Below, piece after piece: positions 1 to 9,998 of a stretch of 38,402 nt of DNA. The notes beneath the pieces were generated by a model, which made no database searches, had not been told where the DNA came from, and was given only the letters and a program-made list of their open reading frames with translations. A program made the position numbers and the translations under genes. Position 1 is the stretch's first letter, and the number at the start of each line of letters is the position of its first letter. This DNA comes from Octopus sinensis (lineage: Eukaryota): positions 1 to 38,402 of the forward strand of contig NW_021828097.1 of assembly GCF_006345805.1 (NCBI RefSeq), read 5' to 3'.

Positions 1-115
1 ATATATATATATATATATATATCTATATATATATATATATATTATATATATATATATATTATATATGTTATATATATATATGTATATATGTATGTATATA
101 TATATATATATATAA
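1..115. repeat. (TA)n microsatellite
   Basis: Directly visible; runs off the window start. Confidence 0.95.
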
Positions 116-402
116 CATCTGATAGAGCAAGCCTCTCGTCAGTGCTGCTAATATCTTCGTTTTACACTGAGCACATTTGTCATTTATGAGTTTTATCATT
201 GTGGTGTTTATGTGTTGTTTTATTCTTCGAGCTGGCAATTAATGGTTTCTAAAGAATTCGAGTGCGCAGAATCTGCATCGAAGTCATCTTTTGTGTAGAT
301 AAACGCATCTCAGGTGTTCTTAAATAACATTTCTGGCATTTATATGTATAGACACACAGACATACATATACTCACGCAAACATAATCACACGGACTTACA
401 AT

Positions 403-406
<4 letters not shown>

Positions 407-499
<93 letters not shown>

Positions 500-612
500 T
501 TATATATGTGTACATAAATATGTAAAATATATATATAATATATTAATATATTATATATATATCTTTATCTGAATGTGTATACATACGATATATATATATA
601 TATATATATATA
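407..612. repeat. (TA)n microsatellite with degenerate flank
   Basis: Directly visible. Confidence 0.9.
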
Positions 613-1288
613 TCTTTATCTGAATATGTATACATACGTACATAAATACACACACACAGAAAAACATACATATGTACAAAGATGTACATACGCAAGACAA
701 TAACACACTCTGTGATAAATAGATGCACATATTGTTAATGTTAGTTAATGCTGCTAACTAATGTTCTATATTAATTGGATATTTCCATAGATTTTTTTTC
801 ACCAATGGATTCTCTTATTTCTGAATTATATCAACACGTGCTCACAAAATACAACTGTTAAGATATCCAGCTCATAATCATGCTATCGTCGCTTTGATGC
901 TAGTTTTTGTCTTTACCTTAGATTTGAAATCCCTGTATCTTTTCAGTAGAATTATATAGCCATAAACACTGTTGGAGCGTGTTAAGAAGGAACTGCATTT
1001 GAAATAGAAATGCCAGATGAGTGTCTTCACAATAGATTTATCTATGGTGTATTTAACTGTTCCTACTAAACCAAAATGTGTATTTCGTGTATAAATATAT
1101 ATTTGAATATGTGGGTTCATCTATGGTTATATACATCTGTGTGCGTGTGTATGTGTACATATATGCACATATATACGTAACCTTTAAATATATATGTACA
1201 TCTTTATATACATATGTAGAAATATGTATGTGTGAGTGTGTTTATGTACGTATATATGAGTGTATGTATCACGCTCTCTCTATCTATC

Positions 1289-1322
<34 letters not shown>

Positions 1323-1347
1323 CATGTATATATAAAATAAATATGAA

Positions 1348-1756
1348 CAGTAGTTTGCAACGTTTCACCAAAATGGAGAATTACAAATGTCACTAAATAC
1401 GACTAGGGTGATATACAACACCTACAGTACTAGGAATGCTCTAATGCTGTAGTTAACGGACATGAAGGGAAACATATACACTAACAATGAACCATAATCG
1501 TTCGAAAAGTGCCGATCGAGAATGCTTAATACTGACGCGTCAGTTTCGGCAATTTCCGTCGCCTCATCAGTTAAGCTAGCTCGGCTTCGGCTCTTTCCGG
1601 AGTCGCTTCGCCATTAATATTTATGTTTTCGTCATCCGGATAATTGGATGATTTAGGGATTTAGGGATTCGTTAATGTATATAATATGAAATTAAAATGT
1701 CAGCAGTTTGTAATGTTTCAACAAAGAGGAGAATTACAAATATCACTAAATGCGAC
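1348..1756 (-). mobile_element. Putative retrozyme-like or Penelope-derived non-autonomous unit: 353-nt monomer plus 56-nt terminal redundancy
   Basis: Direct repeats 1348-1403 and 1701-1756 (48/56 identical, ungapped, offset 353) enclose the hammerhead. There is no ORF. Confidence 0.55.
1524..1576 (-). ncRNA. Type I hammerhead ribozyme with palindromic helix III
   Basis: The minus strand reads GCTTAA-CTGATGA-GGCGA(CGGAAA)TTGCC-GAAA-CTGACGCGTCAG-TA-TTAAGC. Helix I is 6 bp, the core CUGAUGA/GAAA is complete, helix II is 5 bp closed by G-C, and the predicted GUA cleavage falls between 1530 and 1529. Confidence 0.9.
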
Positions 1757-3034
1757 CCTGGACTCTTGTGTGTTATATTTAAATCGCCTATTTCCTTCGT
1801 CGAAATCTGGTAACATGTATGTTAGCTGATTGAATTCAGTGATTTATATCAAACAATCATGCTTGTCATTTGCTTGCTTGTTGAGGTGCGATGCCCATAT
1901 CATTTCCCTACACGCATGCCAGTGTACTTCTAGTCATTATGATAATCTGCGGGCAGTTTCCCCTGTAAACATTGTGATGTTCTTATTTTCACTTTATATG
2001 CATATGCTAACGTATACTACGTTTCTATTAAAATTCGCCTTTAGATTTGTTATACATACAATGCAATTTCTATTCAGATATGTATATTTTTTTGAAAAGA
2101 TATATGTAATTATCTGTAATGAAAAGGGTCTACCTCGCGTCTCATCTCCTGTAATACTAAGTTTATTTTCTTTGTGTTCTCTTAAATTTATAAGGTAGTC
2201 TACGTTTGGTTGGTGCATCAATAAATACTGCTCTTTGGAATTCGTTTTTATTGCATCATGAGTCTATTCCATCTACTAAGTTACTTGTTCTGCCATTATG
2301 GTTATATTTCTATAATTTTTGGTGATATATTCTAAGTTTTTTTTTTTCTTTTGAAAACTTCGGTTCATCCCTTTTGGGTGCGTCCGGGGAATTGCATGAG
2401 GTGGATGCAATTATTAAAGTACTGGACTAGAGTGATATATTTGTCATTATTTTTACTAAGTTCTCTGTTGTTTGGGCAAAATAACCGTGGTTATCCCAGA
2501 TTTAGAACTGATGCAACTAAATCATTATCCAATGATATCCAGATGTTTTGATAAAAATTTATCTGCTATGCCTAACAGAGTAAGCGAATACCTAGTGATC
2601 TCTCATCAGTTGTATTGGCTGTAGACACTTCTGTTATTGTTGCTTAGCTTTCCTAGGGATGGCCACCTTTCTTATTTACAGGCAAAATGTATCAAAGACC
2701 TATCGTCCTGACTGTTTTAAAGTAGAGTTTTGACAATAACTCGTAGTTGATTTGATTAGATTATTTGGTGTTTCGATCTTTCAATCTATTGAACTGCAAG
2801 TTATTTTCGTATTCCTTCATGCCACAAGGATGATTCTGAGACAAAAAAAAAAACTACATAGACAAAAAAACAAAATCGTTTATTTTTACCTCTTAAATGC
2901 GGGGCACGACGCTACTTTATCTGTTTATAGCCATCTTGTTTTCCCAATACCACCATACAAACATTTTACAGAACGAATGTAAAAAGTGAAAACGAAATAG
3001 AAAGGAAAGAAATATCAAATGCTTCAGACACGAA

Positions 3035-3087
<53 letters not shown>

Positions 3088-3164
3088 TGATGATGATGAT
3101 GATGATGATAATAATGATAATAATGATAATAATAATAATAATAATAGTAATACTACTACTACTA

Positions 3165-3255
<91 letters not shown>

Positions 3256-3305
3256 CATGATCACCACCACCACCACTATCAACAACAACAACAACAATAA
3301 TAATA
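3035..3305. repeat. Compound trinucleotide microsatellite (TAA)n(TGA)n(TAA)n(TAC)n(TAA)n(CAC)n(CAA)n
   Basis: Directly visible; explains ORF 2917-3297. Confidence 0.95.
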
Positions 3306-3777
3306 ATTAAATAAACTCATCCCACTCCAAAATAACACTTCACCCGATTTGCACCAGAAGCTGGGGCGATACAACATTATTAGTTTATTCTTGAGAGTCT
3401 CTTCAGAAATGTTAAAGGAGAAGAATTCTGGATTCTGTATGAACATTTGATGTTTTTCAATGGCATTTGAACATTCTTGTTGTGGTTCTATTCTTGATGA
3501 TGCTGTTGGCGATGATGATCTGTGTGTATATGTGTGTGTGTGTGAGCGTGGAAATATTGCCTTTCGTTATTCAATAGAAAAACTGGAAGAGCCAATATTT
3601 ACTCTTCAACTAAATGCTTTTAGCTTCTTACTGTCATTGAATTAATGTAATCTTTGGATTTTTCAAAAGACTTAATAAACCTCTTCGAGATGAAATAAAT
3701 ATCTTCGTGGTTTTCTCACTTTGTTAAACACGCTACAACCCGCAAAAATTATCTGCAGTTTCTTTCTCGGTTCTCTC

Positions 3778-4080
3778 ATGTGTGTGCGCGTGAGCGCGTG
3801 TGTACAAGTGTGCGTGTGTGTACCACCGTGCGTGTGTGTTTGTGCGCACACATGTGTATGCGTGTGTGTGTGTATGCATGAGTGATTATGGGTAGACGTC
3901 AGTGTGCGTGTGCGCGTGTGTTAACATGTGTGCGCGTAAGGGAGAGCACTTGTGGATGTGCATGCGTGTGAGATAGTCTGTACACGTGAGTGTGTGTGTG
4001 TGTGTGTGCGTGTGCGGTGATTAGTGTGTGTGTGGTTATGGTGTGTACATGTGCATATAAACTTAGCTGTGTCTGTGTGT
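3778..4080. repeat. Degenerate (TG/CG)n tract
   Basis: Directly visible. Confidence 0.85.
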
Positions 4081-4112
4081 TTGCCTCTGCACATGTTCTT
4101 TTTATTCATTTA

Positions 4113-4308
4113 TTCTTTTAGTCTTTTAAAGGCCATGCTGGAGCACCACCTTTAGTCGAACAAATCGACCTCAGGACTTATTCTTTGTAAGCCTAGTACT
4201 TATTCTGTCGGTCTCTTTTGCCGAGACACTAAGTTACAGGGACGTAAACATACTAATACCGGTTGTCGGGCGATGGTTGGGGTACAAACGCAGAAACACA
4301 ACCCCCCA

Positions 4309-4345
<37 letters not shown>

Positions 4346-4502
4346 GACAGGCTTCTTTCAGTTTCTATTTATCAAACTCACTCACAAGGCTTTGGTAGGC
4401 CCGAGGCTATAGTAGAATTCACCTGCCTAAGGTAACACGCAGTGGGACTGAACCTGGAACCATGTGGTTGGTAAGCAAGGTACTTACCACACAGCCACTC
4501 CT
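4113..4502 (-). mobile_element. SINE family A (tRNA head, CORE-like segment, internal microsatellite, right arm), near full length
   Basis: Reverse complement of the copies at 18628 and 36638; internal (TA)n at about 4311-4344. Confidence 0.9.
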
Positions 4503-4733
4503 TATTTCTTTATTGCCCACAAGGAGCTAAACACAGAGGGGCAAACAAGATCAGACAAAGGGACTAAGTCGATTACATCGACTCCAGTGCGTAACTGGTA
4601 CTTAATTTATCGACTCCGAAAGGATGAAAGGCAAAGTCGACTTCGGCGGAATTTGAACTCAGAACGTAACGGCAGACGAAATAACGCTAAGCATTTCGCC
4701 CGGCGCGCTAACGTTTCTGCCAGCTCGCCGCCT
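4503..4733 (-). mobile_element. SINE family B, B1 tail, full length
   Basis: The minus strand starts AAGGCGGCGAGCTGGCAGAAACGTTAG (A box), has GAGTTCAAATTCC (B box), then GCCTTTCATCCTTTCGG and the tail CAATAAAGAAATA. It matches the copies at 9596, 24500 and 27627. Confidence 0.92.
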
Positions 4734-5194
4734 TTACTCGGTGCAGGAGTGCTATAGGTGCACCTCTCCTGCACCTATAAAGGCACTCCTGCGCTTCTTT
4801 AAATGCCTGTGTATGCATGTGTGCGTATATTTGTGTGTTCGTTTGTGTACGGTTGTGTGTGTTTGAGTTTGTGTGGGTTGCAGGTCGGCGAAGTTGTGTG
4901 TACTTTAACTGATAAAGACACACAGATAGGCTAAGTCAAACAGCAGGTAAACAGACAGGTGCTTAAGCGGGCAAATGGATATGCAGACGTCAATAAACCG
5001 TATACAACGATGTGACGAAATCAACTCATAAAAAGTCATATCTTAAACATTTGTCGCCTGCAAACGTTTATGCTGGTTTCTGTTCCAACACATTTATTGC
5101 TGAGGTATTAAAATTCAAACTACACCAAGGATTCTAGCTGACAGTTATATATGTTTTATTTTCCCCGTTCGTTAAGCTGCCATTGTGATAGTGA

Positions 5195-5310
5195 TACATG
5201 CGTGTGTGTATGTATGCGTGCATGTGTGTGTGTGTCATTCTATGTGTGTGTGGTGTGTGTGTGTGTGTGTGTGTGGTGTGTGTGTGTGTGTTTCTGTGTA
5301 TGTATATGCT
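5195..5310. repeat. (TG)n microsatellite
   Basis: Directly visible. Confidence 0.9.
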
Positions 5311-5378
5311 AAGTAATGTGAATTGATATGTTTATTTATGCTTGTATTCAGGTATATATATATCAGTATGTATGATTA

Positions 5379-5599
5379 TATTTTTTTTTTCTACTGTAGG
5401 CACAAAGCCTGAAATTGTTGGGGGAGGGGGCCAGCGATTAGATTGACCCCAGTATGCAACTGATACTTAATTTATTGACCCAGAAAGGATGAAAGGCAAA
5501 GTCGACCTCGCTGGAATTTGAACTCAGAACGTAAAGACAGACGAAATACCACTAACCATTTCGCCCGGAGTGTTAACGGTTCTGCCAGCTCGCTGGCTT
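5379..5599 (-). mobile_element. SINE family B, B2 tail, full length
   Basis: Same head and core as B1, with the alternative tail CCCCTCCCCCAA..TTTC.GGC.TTGTGCCTA.AGTAGAAAA. Confidence 0.88.
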
Positions 5600-5605
5600 T
5601 AAAAG

Positions 5606-5783
5606 TTCTTTTCTACTCTAGGCACAAGACCCGAAATTTTGGGGGGAGGGGACAGTCGATTAAATTGATTTCAGTATGCAACTGGTACTTAATTTATCTA
5701 CCCCGAAAGGATGAAACGCAAAGTCGACCTCGACGGAATTTGAAATCAGAACGGAAAGACAGACGAAATACCAGTAAGCATTT
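5606..5783 (-). mobile_element. SINE B2, 5'-truncated
   Basis: Tandem to the previous copy; the head is lost at an inversion junction. Confidence 0.85.
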
Positions 5784-5865
5784 CATCCTTTCGGGGTCGA
5801 TAATTTAAATACCAGTTGCGTATTGGGGTCGATCTAAGCGACTGGCTCCCTCACCATAAATTTCG
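5781..5865 (+). mobile_element. SINE B2 internal fragment in inverted orientation
   Basis: TTTCATCCTTTCGGGGTCGATAA..ACCAGTTGCGTATTGGGGTCGATC on the plus strand. Confidence 0.85.
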
Positions 5866-6000
5866 CTAAGGTACGGGTACGTAAACACACCAGCATCGAT
5901 TGTCAAGTGATGGTGGTGGTGAGGAGAAACACACACACATGAATATATATATATGTATATACGACGGACTTCTTTCAGTTTCCGTCTACTAAATCTACTC
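5866..6000 (-). mobile_element. SINE A central fragment
   Basis: GTAAACACACCAGCATCG..TTGTCAAG, then microsatellite, then CGACGGACTTCTTTCAGTTTCCGTCTAC. Confidence 0.85.
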
Positions 6001-6329
6001 CCCAGAAATTATTACCCTGTGCCCAATTTGAAACCAATTTATAAGTGTTTGTGCTCCACCCTTATGTATGTGTATTCATGCATTTCATATGTTTATGTGG
6101 ATGTGTGCATACGTCTACTACAGAAAAACTCCCATAGGGGTCCCCTGGAGAATTTTACATGTATTTCCTATGTTTTGCACGAGGAAATCACACGCAAGAT
6201 TTCTGGGACGTTTTGCAAATTTTAATTATGACTCTACCTGATTATATTTGGAGATTACGGACCAGTTTCTTATTTTGGGAAAACCGCAGTTTTTCTAGGT
6301 TTTAGGCAGATCCATTATGTGCGTGTATG

Positions 6330-6466
6330 AGAGAGCAGTGCATGCCATCAAAGTGACACTTGGGTAAAATATACGAAGCCTAGAATAACCCTCATTACTA
6401 CCCGTTTGATAAGGGTACACCAGGCACATGCATCACAACCATATGTGCGCAAAATAGTGATCTCAT
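6330..6466. mobile_element. Probable interspersed-repeat fragment, family unassigned
   Basis: Single copy in this window. I recall similar sequence (CAGTGCATGCCATCAAAGTGACAC..GATAAGGGTACACCAGGCACATGCATCACAACCATATGTGCGC) as an octopus repeat but cannot verify it here. Confidence 0.35.
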
Positions 6467-6508
6467 ATGTATGTATGTATGCATGTATGTATGTATGTAT
6501 GTATGTAT

Positions 6509-6815
6509 GGAGGAATGAAGGCAAGTGGCTTAGAGGTTAGGGTATTTGGCTGACGTTCGTAAGGTTGTGAGTTGATTCCTGGCAGAACGCTGTGTTCTTG
6601 AACGAGACAGTTATTTCCCGTTGCCCTAGTCCAGTTGTCGAAACTGAGCCTTAACTGTAATTCAAAGGGCCAGCCTGGTCACTTTCCCTGTCACACCGAA
6701 TCTTCCTGAGAATTACTTTAAGGATACCCGTGTCTGTGAAATGCTCAGTTACTTGCAGGTTATTTTCACGAGGAGGCTGTTTTGTTGATTGGATCATCTG
6801 GAACATTCGTTGGAT
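6509..6815 (+). mobile_element. SINE family E, diverged copy
   Basis: tRNA-like head (GTGGCTTAGAGGTTAG..GAGTTGATTCC); the body aligns by eye with the minus copy at 8913-9226 (TTCAAAGGGCCAGCC..TGTCAC..GAATC..CCTGAGAA). Confidence 0.7.
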
Positions 6816-6819
6816 TATC

Positions 6820-6895
6820 TGCACTAGCCAAGATGAGGCGCAGTGGGACTGAACTGAGAAATACGTGGTTGGGAAGCAAGCTTTTTACTATAAAC
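6820..6895 (-). mobile_element. SINE A head fragment, diverged
   Basis: GCAGTGGGACTGAAC..GTGGTTGGGAAGCAAG matches the reverse complement of the A head. Confidence 0.65.
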
Positions 6896-7171
6896 CCATG
6901 TCTGCAATATACTTCACAAACCTCTTACAACGCCCCCTTCAAGAAACTATCTCTCATAACTTCGGGTGTCTTTTCCATTTTGGGAAATTTATTTTTTGTT
7001 TTCTTACATATTAATTTTTTGTTATATTTTTAGTTTGTTGCTGATTAACTTTACGAGTTGAATATTCTGCCTATAGATATATTCCCAGCGGCATTATCAT
7101 CACTCGCCTGATGAACGGAGATGAAGAATTTCTAAGTAACGACTCGTAGCGAAATTTCACCTCGAAATAAA

Positions 7172-7172
<1 letters not shown>

Positions 7173-7220
<48 letters not shown>

Positions 7221-7351
7221 ATCTATCTATCTATATATCTATCTATCTATCTATCTTTCTATATAGCTGTCTGTCTTTCTATCTATCTAACTATCTCTCT
7301 ATCTAAAAATTATATATATATATATATATAAATATATATTCACATATATAT

Positions 7352-7420
<69 letters not shown>

Positions 7421-7470
7421 GTATGTATATATATGTTTATATATATGTATATATATATATATATATATAC
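7173..7470. repeat. (TCTA)n followed by (TA)n
   Basis: Directly visible. Confidence 0.92.
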
Positions 7471-8149
7471 ACACACATGATGTCCTATATTAAACAAAGA
7501 ATAAGCATAGAAATTAATATAAAGCAAAAAAAAGAAAAGTATTTTCTCTTTTGTCTTCTCTCATTACAGATGTTTTTTTCTTGCTTGAAGTCTTCCATCT
7601 GCTACAAGACTTTGCTTTAGACATTGCTCACCCCGCCCCCGCCCCCGCCCCCCCCCCACACGCATATTTATGTAAATGTGTGCTTGTGCGTATTTATATA
7701 AACGCTTACAAGGCAAGCCGACAAACAACATTCTCTCTCACACTTACGTAAATAGATATATATTCGTGTGTACATATTTACCGATACATCACGATGTATA
7801 TTAGTAACACGTCATTCAACCAATGAACCAATCAGACAATCAGCCAATCAACCAGACGACAAATTGGTCAACCATTTTTTAAATATATTTGTTTCTGTTA
7901 TTTCGCCATTTCTTCCCTTCTTGTTAGGTTTCGCTTTTCACTTATCAGCAAACACTTGAAGCGAAATTTCGTGATGTTTCTGGCGATGAACAAGAATTGT
8001 GATTAATCGAAATTTTATAGTATACACATCATTATTTGAGAAATGCTGTGTATCTTATAGTGTAGTTTAATGGGGAGGTCTCCTATTGAGTATCGAATGT
8101 CGACAATCAGGTTTCGATTTCGATTTCCACTTTTATTTGTTTAAAATTT

Positions 8150-8446
8150 TTGCACAAGTCCAGTAATTTCGGAGGAGGTTGTACGTTGATAAAGTCGACC
8201 CCAGTACTCAACTGTACTTATATGTTTTTCTACTCAAGGCACAAGGCCCGAAATTTTGGGTGGGTGGGAGTTGGTGTTAGTCGATTAGATCGACCCAGTA
8301 TGCAACTGGTATTTATAGTATCGATCCCGTGAGGATGAAATGCAAAGAAGTCGACGTCGGTAGAATTTGAACTCAGAACGCAAAGACCGACGAAATGCCG
8401 CTAAGCATATTGTGTAACGCGGTAACGATTCTACCAGCTCGCTGCC
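8150..8446 (-). mobile_element. SINE B2 (8222-8446) preceded by a B tail fragment (8150-8220)
   Basis: GGCACAAGGCCCGAAATTTTGG..GAATTTGAACTCAGAACG..AACGATTCTACCAGCTCGCTGCC. Confidence 0.82.
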
Positions 8447-8617
8447 GCAGAATTCACTTTGAATTGTATATTAGAGATTGTATGAAGATTATGAACGCTA
8501 GAATTTCCGATTTAACATTCTTTAAAACGGATTTGGTATTACTGGTAGTAAAAATTACAGCCAAAGGAGAGACGGGATTATGCAAAATAATTTAAGTAAA
8601 TAAGTATAATTTAAGAA

Positions 8618-8782
8618 GGTGCAGAAATAGCTGTACGGTAAAAAGGGTGCGTCCTAGACACATAGTTTCGGGTTCAGTCCCAATGAGTGGCATATTAAGC
8701 CCGTGTTTTATATTTATATTCCTGGGCCGATCATATCCTTCTGAGTAGATTTGTAGGCGGAAACTGAAAGAAGACTGTCGTT

Positions 8783-8865
<83 letters not shown>

Positions 8866-8912
8866 TATATATATATATATATATATATAAACATATATAT
8901 ATATATATATAT
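8618..8912 (+). mobile_element. SINE A left arm, diverged, ending in (TA)n (8783-8912)
   Basis: GGGTTCAGTCCC B box and GGAAACTGAAAGAAGACTGTCG just before the microsatellite; the right arm is not contiguous. Confidence 0.75.
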
Positions 8913-9226
8913 AAGAAGGAAGCACTGCATCGGTTACGACAACGAGGGTCCCAGCTGATACGATCAACGGAAAAGCTTGTTCATGAGGTTAACATGGCTG
9001 AGCAGTCCAAAAGCATGCGTACCCCTTCGCATATTTCTCAGGGAGATTCAGCGTGACACAGAGTGTAACAAGGCTGGCTCCTTGAAATAGAGGTACTACT
9101 CAATTTTTGCCGGCTGTGTGAACTGGAGCACCGTGAAATAAAGTGTCGTGCACAAGGACAAAACGCGCCGCCGGGAATCGAACTCGATCCTACGATCGCA
9201 AACCGAATACACTAACCACTAAACTA
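8913..9226 (-). mobile_element. SINE family E (tRNA head plus CORE-like segment)
   Basis: Minus strand: TAGTTTAGTGGTTAG (A box), GAGTTCGATTCCC (B box), GTCCTTGTGCACGACACTTTA (CORE-like). A second copy lies at 6509. Confidence 0.8.
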
Positions 9227-9329
9227 TATGTATATATATGTATTTGTATTTGTTTGTGTGCGTGTGTGTGTGTCTGTTTGTGTGTGTGAGCGTTTACCCT
9301 TATGTACGTGTGTGTAACTTTGTCTTAAT

Positions 9330-9515
9330 CATTCCACTGCTTGACATCAGGTGTTGATTTTCTTACTTTTCCTTGACTTGGTAGTCCGGCCCCAGGGATC
9401 GATAGAATATGTATAAGGCTTAAAAAATTAGATACATATGGTTGAAATGATACATTAAACCTTTCAAGACAGTGCCCTAGCATGGTCGCAGTCAAATTGA
9501 AACATGTAAAAGAAA
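9330..9515 (+). mobile_element. Diverged SINE A-related right arm and tail
   Basis: GATCGATAGAATA..CAGTGCCCTAGCATGGTCGCAGTCAAATTGAAACATGTAAAAG resembles the A 3' end. Confidence 0.55.
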
Positions 9516-9595
9516 ATGGAAGATAAATAAATATAATTTAAAACGTACATCAAAAACCACGCTGTTTCTATATGAGCGCCTATTATCTTGCTCAT

Positions 9596-9998
9596 AAGGC
9601 GGCGAGCTGGCAGAAACGTTAGCACGCCGGGCGAAATGCGTAGCGGTATTTCGATTGTGGCTACGTTCTGAGTTCAAATTCCGCTGAGGTCAACTTTGTC
9701 TTTCATCCTTTCGAAGTCGATTAAATGAGTACCAGTTACGCACTGGGGTCGATGTAATCGATTTAATCCGTTTGTCTGTCTTTGTTTGTCCTCTCTGTGT
9801 TTAGCCCCTTGTGGGCAGTAAAGAAATAGGTATTTCGTCTGCCGCTACGTTCTGAGTTGAAATTCCCCCGAGGTTAACTTTGCCTTTCATCCTTTCGGGG
9901 ATCGATAAATTAAGTACCAGTTGCATTCTGGTGTCAATATAATCGCTGGCACCCTCCCCCAAAATTTCAGGCCTTGTTCTTACAGTAGAAAAAAAATA
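9596..9998 (+). mobile_element. Composite SINE: full B1 (9596-9828) fused to headless B2 (9829-9998)
   Basis: The junction AAAGAAATA|GGTATTTCGTCT is identical to the one at 24732/24733. Confidence 0.88.

Noticed and set aside
1651-1666. Two TTAGGG telomere-like hexamers inside the ribozyme unit
   Set aside because: Only two copies, with an 8-nt period rather than a true (TTAGGG)n array; too short to claim a link to telomere-associated Penelope elements.
2205-2236. Mariner TIR-like TTTGGTTGGTGCATCAATAAATACTGC
   Set aside because: No inverted partner was found and the match decays after GGTGC; at best a solo relic.
2570-2620. Minus-strand CTGATGA with partial helix I-like pairing
   Set aside because: The GAAA half of the hammerhead core is absent (GCTT instead) and the helices are poor.
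7108-7170. CTGATGA followed by a downstream GAAA
   Set aside because: No helix II closing pair and no helix I complementarity.
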